Source: Candidatus Binataceae bacterium (GTDB lineage Bacteria; Desulfobacterota; Binatia; Binatales; Binataceae). From it: a stretch of 64,000 nucleotides of DNA. This document shows positions 55,463-64,000 of the stretch, piece by piece; the stretch's first letter is position 1; each line of letters begins with the position of its first letter. Under the pieces are notes generated by a model, which worked only from the letters and a program-made list of their open reading frames with translations, did no database searches and was not told where the DNA came from. Where the stretch lies: NCBI GenBank assembly GCA_036489375.1, contig DASXFX010000078.1:5170-69169 (forward strand). The letters are read 5' to 3'. The translations under genes were made by a program, and so were the position numbers.

Positions 55463-56722
55463 GTGGATTTGTGGCACGAAATTCTTGACTGCCTGAATGA
55501 CGCAGTTGTCGTCCTCTCGCCGACGCTTGAGCCGCTGTTCGTCAATGCCGCAACCGAGGCGACGCTGGAGGCCTCCAAGGTTGACCGGCAAAAGGTCGGC
55601 AAGCTCCTCCGGCGCAATCAATGGCTCCGCCGAATGGTCGATCAATGCCTCCAAAATGGGCAGAGCTTCGACAATCCTGAAGCGACGCTGGTTATCGACC
55701 ATCGCTCGTTAGTCGTTCGTGCCGAAGTCTCGCCCCTGATTAGTCCGGCCGGTTATTTCGAAGGAGCCATCATCGTTTTCCACGATCTGTCTCATCAGAA
55801 GAGCGCCGAACAGGCCTTCGACCACGATCAAAACGTCTTTCGCCTATCGCCCGCCGGCCTCGCCCACGAGGTCAAGAACCCGCTGACCGGAATCAAAGGC
55901 GCCGCCGAGCTCTTGACCGCGATGTTCCCGGGCGACGCTCGCGCCAAACTCTACTGCGAATTAATCCTCGACGGCGTCAATCGCATCGCCGGATTGGTCG
56001 AGCAAGTTCTGGCGGCAAGCAATCCGCAGCGCCTCAAGCGCGAACCGTTCAATATCCACCAGATGCTCCATCAGGCCCTGCGGATGGCCGGCCTGATGCT
56101 GACTGCTACCGACGACGTCCTCATCGAGCAGGACTTCGACCCCAGCCTGCCCGAGGTCCATGGCGACTCCGCAGCGCTCGAACGGGTCTTTCTCAACCTC
56201 ATCCGCAACGCTCGCGAGGCGATAGAAGCAGCGCGCGGAGATGGGCCATCGATGTCCGCGCCTTCCACCCCCACGGACTCCGCGCGGGAGCATGCCGCAG
56301 TCTCCATCGATTCGCAGGCGCGCGGAACGATCAGACTTCGCACCGCGATGGAAAACCAGTTTCGGGTTAGCGCGCATGGCAAGCGCCGCCAGTTTCTGCG
56401 CGTCGAGATCAGCGACACCGGTCGCGGAATTTCGGCTGCGGACTTGAAACAGCTCTTTACGCCCTTCTATACGACCAAACCCTCTGGAACCGGACTCGGT
56501 TTGGTGCTGAGCCAACGGATTGTGGCGCTCCACGGCGGCAAGTTGTGGGCCGAACGTGGCGGGATGTTGCCGCGTGGCGCCGCTCGCCCGAGCCGCACCA
56601 CCACCCGCGCGCGCTCGTCTGATGAAGCCTTGGGCGACGGCGCCTTGAATCCGTCCGAGGTCGAGGAAGTCCAGCCGCGCGGCATGACCTTTTGCGTGAT
56701 GCTTCCGGTGGGTCCCGATTGA
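55463..56722 (+). CDS. NtrB-like PAS sensor histidine kinase with low-complexity insertions in the ATPase domain
   Basis: PAS-like N-terminus, H-box GLAHEVKNPLTGIKG, N-box FLNLIRNAREA, G1 DTGRGI, and G2 GTGLGLVLSQ. A ~45-aa R/S/T-rich insert precedes the terminal GMTFCVMLP strand. The start is a GTG. Confidence 0.85.
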   Translation: MDLWHEILDCLNDAVVVLSPTLEPLFVNAATEATLEASKVDRQKVGKLLRRNQWLRRMVDQCLQNGQSFDNPEATLVIDHRSLVVRAEVSPLISPAGYFEGAIIVFHDLSHQKSAEQAFDHDQNVFRLSPAGLAHEVKNPLTGIKGAAELLTAMFPGDARAKLYCELILDGVNRIAGLVEQVLAASNPQRLKREPFNIHQMLHQALRMAGLMLTATDDVLIEQDFDPSLPEVHGDSAALERVFLNLIRNAREAIEAARGDGPSMSAPSTPTDSAREHAAVSIDSQARGTIRLRTAMENQFRVSAHGKRRQFLRVEISDTGRGISAADLKQLFTPFYTTKPSGTGLGLVLSQRIVALHGGKLWAERGGMLPRGAARPSRTTTRARSSDEALGDGALNPSEVEEVQPRGMTFCVMLPVGPD

Positions 56723-56873
56723 ACAACGCCACGGCCCCCGAAGCTCGCTCCAACTATATGCGGGGCTGGCAATCTATCGGTTCGTACGTCGGCGCTGGTT
56801 GAAATTCAGACTTTCGACCGAGGTATCTCGCGCCTGACCAGCTTATTACGCTACGATAGTAAAATAAGAAACG

Positions 56874-58370
<1,497 letters not shown>

Positions 58371-58416
58371 GGCGCGCGCCTGCATCGGCTATGGTTCAAC
58401 CGTGGCGCGCCCGATC

Positions 58417-59049
58417 ATGAAACTACCGTCAAGGTTCTATGCGATGGTCGATACGGCCGCCGGACACGAGCCGGTCGCCCTCGCGCGGATACTGCTGGAC
58501 GCGGGCGCGAGCATCCTCCAGTTGCGTTTGAAGGACGTCTCGAGCCGTGACTTTCTGGCGGCGGCGCGCGCGATTGTCGCTTTGTGCCGCGACCACGGCG
58601 CACTCATGATAGTCAACGACCGCGTCGATATCGCAAAACTTTCGGGAGCCGATGGCGTCCACGTCGGGCAGGACGACCTGCCGCTCGCCGAGGCCCGCGC
58701 AATCATGGGAGCGGACGCGATCGTGGGCGTCTCGACGCATAACGTCGAACAGGCGCGCACGGCGGAGGCCGGCGGTGCCGACTATATCGGCTTCGGCGCC
58801 ATTTACTCCGGTGGATTGAAGAACGTCCGCGACGCCCAAGGGCTCGACCGCCTGCGCGCAGTGAGCGCGGCACTCAGCTCACCGGACTTCCCGATCGTCG
58901 GCATCGGCGGCATCACCGAGGCGACCATGCCCGACGTGTTGGCTGCCGGCGCCGACGCCGCCGCGATCATCACCGACGTGCTTCACGCCCCCGACATCGG
59001 CTCCAAGGTCCGCGCTCTATTGTCGGTCGCACCCCGCCCCACCCCGTAA
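58417..59049 (+). CDS. thiE: thiamine-phosphate synthase
   Basis: FYAMVD..., ILQLRLKD, IVNDRVDIA, DGVHVGQDDLP, and GIGGI motifs. I prefer the ATG at 58417 over the GTG at 58402. Confidence 0.88.
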   Translation: MKLPSRFYAMVDTAAGHEPVALARILLDAGASILQLRLKDVSSRDFLAAARAIVALCRDHGALMIVNDRVDIAKLSGADGVHVGQDDLPLAEARAIMGADAIVGVSTHNVEQARTAEAGGADYIGFGAIYSGGLKNVRDAQGLDRLRAVSAALSSPDFPIVGIGGITEATMPDVLAAGADAAAIITDVLHAPDIGSKVRALLSVAPRPTP

Positions 59050-59099
59050 ACGCACAATAGGAAAGGTTGGCCGGCGGTAATATCCGCCGTCAGAAAAAG

Positions 59100-59900
59100 C
59101 TACTGCAGCGCGCTTATCGGGATGTATCCCTCGATGCCACTCTTCATCCTGATTTTCATGTAATTCAGCGCGACACCGACCACGTGCACGTCGCGCCCTT
59201 GATGAACCTCGGCAAGTTTCCTCGCCGCATGATTAGGCTCGTCCAGGACCGATGCGTCGGCGGTAAGCTTGAACATCTTGTCGGTCGGCGCGACCAGTTG
59301 CAGCGCCGCCAGCGGCACGTACGCGATCTCGCTGTTCTTCAATTTGACCTGGGCGTAATAGCGCGAGGTACCGATCACGTTGACGAACTTACCCGACTGA
59401 ACCGGCTGGATCTTCTTGCTCGATTTGCTCGGCCGCTCGTAGGCCCATGAATCCTCCGTCAGTTTCAAATGCCCTTGCGCCGGCTCGATCGCACTGGCGT
59501 CCGCGCTCGAAGACTTGGCGTGATGTCTCACGACGTGGTGATGAGTCTTGGCGGGTGCGCTACCGGTCGGCGGCGCGGTCTCGTCGCCGGCGGGGTTCTC
59601 GTAGGTCCTCATCGTACCGCTGCCACTCGGTGGCGGCGGTACGACCGATCCTGCGCCGGCCGCAGGCACCCCGGCAGGCCCCGGCATAGTGTTCGGATAT
59701 TCCGCGCCGGTTTGCGCGAGCGCGGGCAATGCAATCGCGACCGTGCAAGCTGTCGCGAAAACTATCGTGATCGCTCGTAATGCCCTCAGCGTCGAATTAG
59801 TTCTCGTGTCGATCGGAATCGTCGCCTCCCCCGCCGCCGTGAATCGCCCTTCGTGCGGGCCCCGCTCAACAGGCGCCGCAAACCGTGCAGCGCGTGACAT
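59100..59900 (-). CDS. secreted protein with His-rich patch and two C-terminal SH3-like (SH3_3) repeats
   Basis: Signal-like LRALRAITIVFATACTVAIALPALAQ. The C-terminus has two similar ~65-aa units (GHLKLTEDSWAYERPS...YAQVKLKNSEIAYVPLAAL and FKLTADASVLDEPN...YMKIRMKSGIEGYIPISAL). The only canonical in-frame start before the signal is the ATG at 59898-59900, 35 nt inside the radical-SAM gene, so the start is uncertain. Confidence 0.65.
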   Translation of the reverse strand: MSRAARFAAPVERGPHEGRFTAAGEATIPIDTRTNSTLRALRAITIVFATACTVAIALPALAQTGAEYPNTMPGPAGVPAAGAGSVVPPPPSGSGTMRTYENPAGDETAPPTGSAPAKTHHHVVRHHAKSSSADASAIEPAQGHLKLTEDSWAYERPSKSSKKIQPVQSGKFVNVIGTSRYYAQVKLKNSEIAYVPLAALQLVAPTDKMFKLTADASVLDEPNHAARKLAEVHQGRDVHVVGVALNYMKIRMKSGIEGYIPISALQ

Positions 59901-61638
59901 CGCACGGCTTGGTCTGATGTTCGTAATGCGCCTTCTTGCGTTCAGACAGCAGGAACCATTTGTGGATGTGATGATCGATGAAGTCCCAAGGCAGCACTTC
60001 GTCATGGGTGTACTGGCGTGTGACGTAGAAATCCGGGTTGGGCAAATCTGTAACGCCCTCGCCCACTTCGCGCTTGATCGCGCGCAATTCATGCCAAATC
60101 GCGCCCGCGTCGTCGCATCCTCGCTCACTGAGCCGCTCAAGAATCGGACCGACCCGGCGATCTCCGCGTGAGACCAACGTCTGAAAGTACGCTTCGCGCG
60201 GCGACTCCGCATTGAGCTCGATACTGGCGCCGCCAATACGGCCGAGCGCCGCGCGCAGCAGCGCGATCTTGCGCTTGACGCTTGCCGCATCCTCCATCGG
60301 ATCCCACTGAAACGGCGTCCACGGCTTCGGCACGAATGGATTGAGCGAGACCGTTACGTGGCCGACGCGCCGCTTGTTGGACCGCGCGCGCTCCAGGATC
60401 CGGCCCGTCAGGTTGGCGATCTCGATCAGGTCCTCGTCGCGCTCCTCGGGCAATCCGATCATGAAATAGAGCTTGAGGCTTTCGACGCCGCCACCGATCA
60501 ACATCTCGGCCGCGTTCAGAATCTCGCTTTCGGTCAGGTTCTTGTTGATGACCTTGCGCATCCGCTCACTGCCCGCCTCGGGCGCGACGGTCACGCTGCG
60601 CGCACCGCCACGAACCAACGCGGCCGCCAGTTTCGGCGAGACGCAATCGGCCTTGAGCGACGACGGCGACAGCCGCCCGCCGGCGTCTGCCACCGCAGTC
60701 GCGATGTCGGCGACTCCCGGCACACTCGCCATCTCCGCTCCCACCAGCCCGATGACGCTGCGCTCCTGCAAGCCGCGCGTCGCCTCGGCCATGATCTTTT
60801 CGGGACTGCGATAGCGGATCGGACGGTACATGAACCCCGCCGCGCAAAACCGGCATCCCCATTGGCATCCGCGGCTCGCTTCCACCAGGAACATGTCACC
60901 GAAAACCGATTCTTCCGTGAGGATCAACGACGAGGTGGAGAAGCGATCGAGGTCGCTTAGCAGCCGCCGGTTCACTCGCGGCGTGCCGGGACCCGTATAA
61001 GCAACGCTCTCGATACGGCCGTGCGCGTCCAGCCGCGGCGTAAAGTAGTCGGGCAAATAGGCGCCTTCCACCCGCGCGAGATCGTGCAAGCGCGGCGCCT
61101 CGTTACCGGTGCTCGCGCGCGCATCCTGATAGGCCGCGAGGAACTCGGGCACCATCTCCTCGCCCTCGCCGATCAGAAACAGATCGACGTAGTCGGCGAT
61201 CGGTTCGGGATTGAGAAATATCGCCGAACCGCCCGCGATAATCAGCGGATAATTGCGGCCCGCGCGATCGGCCCGCCGCGGCGGAATACCCGCCATCCGC
61301 AGCATCGAGATCAGGTTGAGATAGTCGGTCTCGAAGGCGATCGAGAAGGCCAGAATTTCAAAGTCAGTTAGCGGGCGTCCGCGCTCGAAGGAAACCAACG
61401 GGACCGAACGCGCACGAATCGCCGCGCGCTCGTCGGCATCGGGCAGAAAAGCGCGGTCGGCCGCTACCCGCGGGTCGGATTCGAAAATATGGAAAATGGC
61501 TTGGAAACCGAGGTTCGCCATCCCCAGCCGATAAGTGTTCGCATACACCACGCAGACCCCGATATCGCCGCCGGCGTGACGCTCGTAGAGCACCTTTTCG
61601 TTGGCGATGCGCTCGAGGGCGCGTTGGCGTGGGAACAT
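59866..61638 (-). CDS. radical SAM protein of an uncharacterised ~600-aa family (B12-binding-like N-domain; I recall it as TIGR03960-type)
   Basis: 590 aa. EASRGCQWGCRFCAAG (CxxxCxxC radical-SAM cluster), VCVVYANTYRLGMANLGFQ at the N-terminus, and a Cys-rich C-terminal end CDVTRCTVCGAC. Confidence 0.85.
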   Translation of the reverse strand: MFPRQRALERIANEKVLYERHAGGDIGVCVVYANTYRLGMANLGFQAIFHIFESDPRVAADRAFLPDADERAAIRARSVPLVSFERGRPLTDFEILAFSIAFETDYLNLISMLRMAGIPPRRADRAGRNYPLIIAGGSAIFLNPEPIADYVDLFLIGEGEEMVPEFLAAYQDARASTGNEAPRLHDLARVEGAYLPDYFTPRLDAHGRIESVAYTGPGTPRVNRRLLSDLDRFSTSSLILTEESVFGDMFLVEASRGCQWGCRFCAAGFMYRPIRYRSPEKIMAEATRGLQERSVIGLVGAEMASVPGVADIATAVADAGGRLSPSSLKADCVSPKLAAALVRGGARSVTVAPEAGSERMRKVINKNLTESEILNAAEMLIGGGVESLKLYFMIGLPEERDEDLIEIANLTGRILERARSNKRRVGHVTVSLNPFVPKPWTPFQWDPMEDAASVKRKIALLRAALGRIGGASIELNAESPREAYFQTLVSRGDRRVGPILERLSERGCDDAGAIWHELRAIKREVGEGVTDLPNPDFYVTRQYTHDEVLPWDFIDHHIHKWFLLSERKKAHYEHQTKPCDVTRCTVCGAC

Positions 61639-61737
61639 AATAAGGGGACGCTTGGCGACCCTCTAGGTTACAGCTCGCCATCCGCCCATCACAAGAGGGT
61701 CACGCGGCGTAGCTCGATACCGCAACGGGACACTGGC

Positions 61738-62238
61738 TTATTTGCGCAGTTTGCGAAGTTGTCGCTGCGTCATCATCCAGAGCATTTCCGCCGCCCCGCG
61801 TTCAATATTCTTGGCCGGCAATTCGAGCGCAACGCATCCGCCCTTGCGCAGGCGCAGATGCATCCCGTCCGGTTCTCCCGTCAGCAAAATCGAAACTAAC
61901 GCGCTCAGTTGCGGCTCGTGGCCCACTATGAGGACGCTGTCGTCGCGGCCGAAAGGAGCCAGCGCCGCCACCGCATCGGCCGGCGCTACGCCCGTCGCCA
62001 GTTCCGCCAAAACTCGCGGCGTCGGACGGGTCTCGTATGCCGCCGCGACGATCTCGGCGGTCTCGGCCGCCCGCGCGATCGGACTCGTCAGGATCGTGTC
62101 GAACTCGATTCCGATCGCACGCATTCCTTCGACCGTCTTCTGCATTCGCTGACGGCCGACTTCGGTCAGGTGTCGCAATTCGTCGCCGCCGGCGGCAGCC
62201 TCTTCGGCGAGCGCGTGACGTAAGATGTAGAGGACCAT
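61738..62238 (-). CDS. sixA: phosphohistidine phosphatase SixA-like (histidine phosphatase superfamily)
   Basis: 166 aa. LYILRHA (RHG-type catalytic motif), LTSPIARAAETA and LIVGHEP. Confidence 0.8.
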   Translation of the reverse strand: MVLYILRHALAEEAAAGGDELRHLTEVGRQRMQKTVEGMRAIGIEFDTILTSPIARAAETAEIVAAAYETRPTPRVLAELATGVAPADAVAALAPFGRDDSVLIVGHEPQLSALVSILLTGEPDGMHLRLRKGGCVALELPAKNIERGAAEMLWMMTQRQLRKLRK

Positions 62239-62279
62239 GATGCGATCAATTCTCCCGCTGACGCACTGTCAGAAGTAAC

Positions 62280-63524
62280 TCAGCTCTCACCGTGATGCGT
62301 CACTGTGGGCAACTCGGCGTCCGCCTCGGATGTCGCATCCGCGGGCCCAGCCGTCGATGAATCCGCCACTGCGGCGGGCGTGCCTGCAGAAGGATTCGCC
62401 GCGTCCGCCGCCGTTTCGGGATTCCCATCAGCAACCACCGGTGATGCGTTCGCCTGTTCCGCCTGAGTCGCGTCCGCTCCCTCAAGGTCGATCGCGGCAT
62501 CCTCAACGACCGCTTCAACGGCTGGAGCGAACGCGGCGCGGGCCTGCCGTTCGGCCTCGGCCTGCGCCTCACGGACAACCTCGAGGCGACGCTCCGCCGC
62601 CGTTGAGATTTCCTCGAGAGCATCGTTGATAACGCCTGTATGTAGGATTTTACGCCAACTCCGATACGCCCGCGTCGCGAGTTGCGCGCGCCGATCCACT
62701 AGCATCTGGATCGTCGCGCCCACCGCCATCAGCGTCTCGGGCGCAACGCCTTCCGCACTGAGCGCATAGTCGCGCAACCACGCCGTCGCCGTCACCGTAT
62801 CCTGATGTACGCCGAGCAATTCCTGCATCTGCTCCAGGCGCATCAGGGCCTTGCGCGAGCGCTTGCCGCCCATCTCGATCAACATCTCCAGCGCGTAGCG
62901 AAGACGCTTGATACGCACGCGCAAGCGATGGAACAGCGCCGGCGGCGCATTGCGCGCGATGCGCTTGCCGGCCTTGCGCACGCTGCGGGCCAGCGGCGCG
63001 ATCATGGCCGGCGCATTGCAGCCGGCGTCGGTCGACGGAAGTGCCCGCCGCAATAGCGGATCGGCCAGCCGTGTGCACATCTGTCCGTAGCGCGGCGTCC
63101 GAAGTTGATCGACGAAGCGCGCGTGCTCCGCGTCGCGCCGCGTTGAAATCGCATCGGCTATCGACGTCAATGCGGTCGCGAGCGCGGGCTCCAGATGATG
63201 TCCGCAGTCGCGCAACAACGCTTCCATCACGTCGCAATCCCGCACCGATCCCGCCGCCTGCCCGAGCCACGGCAGGTCGCGCTTGTAGATGCGCATTCGC
63301 GAACCGTGAATCACCCCGGCGAACAATTGCACCGACGCACGCAAGCGCCGCGTGCCCACTCGCATCTGATGGAGCGCTTCGATATCCCCGGCAATCGCCG
63401 CCGCCTCGTGCTGCTTCATCGCCGCCACGCCGGACGCGAGTGTGAGCCGCGCGGCGTCCGCGATCGCCAAATCGGGCGCAACTGTCGCCTTCGGTGCGCG
63501 CGGCGATGGCGCACTTGCACCCAC
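62280..63524 (-). CDS. CHAD-domain protein with acidic/Ala-rich C-terminal tail
   Basis: IEALHQMRVGTRRLRASVQLF, VRDCDV and FHRLRVRIKRLRYALEM are the conserved basic helices of CHAD domains. The last ~90 aa are low complexity (A/D/E/T). The start is a GTG. Confidence 0.85.
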   Translation of the reverse strand: MGASAPSPRAPKATVAPDLAIADAARLTLASGVAAMKQHEAAAIAGDIEALHQMRVGTRRLRASVQLFAGVIHGSRMRIYKRDLPWLGQAAGSVRDCDVMEALLRDCGHHLEPALATALTSIADAISTRRDAEHARFVDQLRTPRYGQMCTRLADPLLRRALPSTDAGCNAPAMIAPLARSVRKAGKRIARNAPPALFHRLRVRIKRLRYALEMLIEMGGKRSRKALMRLEQMQELLGVHQDTVTATAWLRDYALSAEGVAPETLMAVGATIQMLVDRRAQLATRAYRSWRKILHTGVINDALEEISTAAERRLEVVREAQAEAERQARAAFAPAVEAVVEDAAIDLEGADATQAEQANASPVVADGNPETAADAANPSAGTPAAVADSSTAGPADATSEADAELPTVTHHGES

Positions 63525-63713
63525 TAGCTGGCACCCCGTTCGGGTAGTCGCAAAATTAGTCTCGGCGAGAGGCTCCGCACACGACGATCGTAAGGCTTTT
63601 GCTGGTTCTTTGAAAGCGTCCGCCCAAATCGGCCCGCGCGTTTGCCCGCTCTATGTCGCAAGCCCACGAAGTCTCGCTCGCGCAATGACGCCGCGCTGCG
63701 CAGGGTCTCGCTG

Positions 63714-64000
63714 CTACTGCCGCAGCACCACCCGCCGATCGAGTAGCTTCGCCAGCAGGTCGGTGCGGCGTTCCCCGGTCCAGAGTTCGAGGTCAGCCTT
63801 ATCGCGATCCGATGCGACCTCGACGATCAATCGCCCCGGCGAGTAGCGGATGTCGATACCGCGCACGACGCCGAAATGACTCCGATCCAGCGCGTCCGCC
63901 ACCCGCAGTATCGCCGCCAGTCCGCGCACCATCCGGCGCTTGCCCGCACTCAACCCCTGCAGTTCCGACGAATCCAGATTCGGCGCCTGCTTGCGATGGC
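63714..64000 (-). CDS. ppx: Ppx/GppA-family phosphatase, C-terminal fragment (N-terminus outside the window)
   Basis: The reading frame stays open to the window edge. GLAAILRVADALDRSH...RLIVEV...DLELW resembles the C-terminal helical end of Ppx/GppA proteins. It sits next to a CHAD gene. Confidence 0.6.
   Translation of the reverse strand, partial: HRKQAPNLDSSELQGLSAGKRRMVRGLAAILRVADALDRSHFGVVRGIDIRYSPGRLIVEVASDRDKADLELWTGERRTDLLAKLLDRRVVLRQ

Noticed and set aside
55473-55490. TGGCAC motif resembling a sigma-54 -24 box
   Set aside because: The expected TTGC at the -12 position is absent (TCTT instead), and the motif lies inside the first codons of the histidine kinase gene.
59901-60290. Upstream part of the 396-aa ORF containing the SH3-repeat protein
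   Set aside because: It lies inside the radical-SAM gene in another frame and is Arg/Ser/Ala-rich. Only the portion from the signal peptide onward looks real.
62650-63534. 294-aa alternative-frame ORF on the same strand as the CHAD gene
   Set aside because: It is extremely Arg/Ala/Gly-rich. The other frame gives the conserved CHAD helices (RVGTRRLR, RIKRLRYALE).

Overview
High-G+C bacterial chromosomal segment, densely coding and dominated by metabolism and housekeeping. I support about 55 CDSs. I found no rRNA, tRNA, CRISPR array, integrase or transposase. Main contents, in order:
- 2-5064: a tight minus-strand catabolic operon (alpha/beta hydrolase, LLM monooxygenase, VOC dioxygenase-like protein, acyl-CoA dehydrogenase, SDR).
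- 5236-12563: an aldo/keto reductase, a divergent pair of lactonase-like hydrolases (MBL-fold and phosphotriesterase-like), one of three family III CoA-transferases, a second LLM oxidoreductase and one of two DsbA/HCCA-isomerase-like paralogs.
- 13081-16445: a GT4 glycosyltransferase plus amylo-alpha-1,6-glucosidase-like module.
- 16500-22033: an MFS gene translationally coupled to a secreted 7-repeat Kelch protein, then an ABC exporter.
- 22820-23938: a roughly 1.1-kb low-G+C, almost gene-free island.
- 27344-31090: guaA-gltX followed by a coupled K+ channel gene.
- 41236-43689: two abutting CoA-transferase genes.
- 44365-45744: an orphan DUF4157-type protein with two HExxH motifs.
- 45765-49065: an ECF transporter operon.
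- 52091-59049: ispF, moeA, an NtrB/NtrC-like sigma-54 pair and thiE.
- 59100-64000: a Ppx, CHAD, SixA, radical-SAM, SH3 gene string.
I did not recognise a complete known defense or mobile system. The most unusual signals are five stacked perfect hairpins at 6197-6424, the low-G+C island with a small Cys-rich ORF, and the dual-HExxH DUF4157 protein with a tandem repeat upstream. Lineage cannot be assigned from this window. All calls come from reading the sequence and recalling family motifs; no searches were run.
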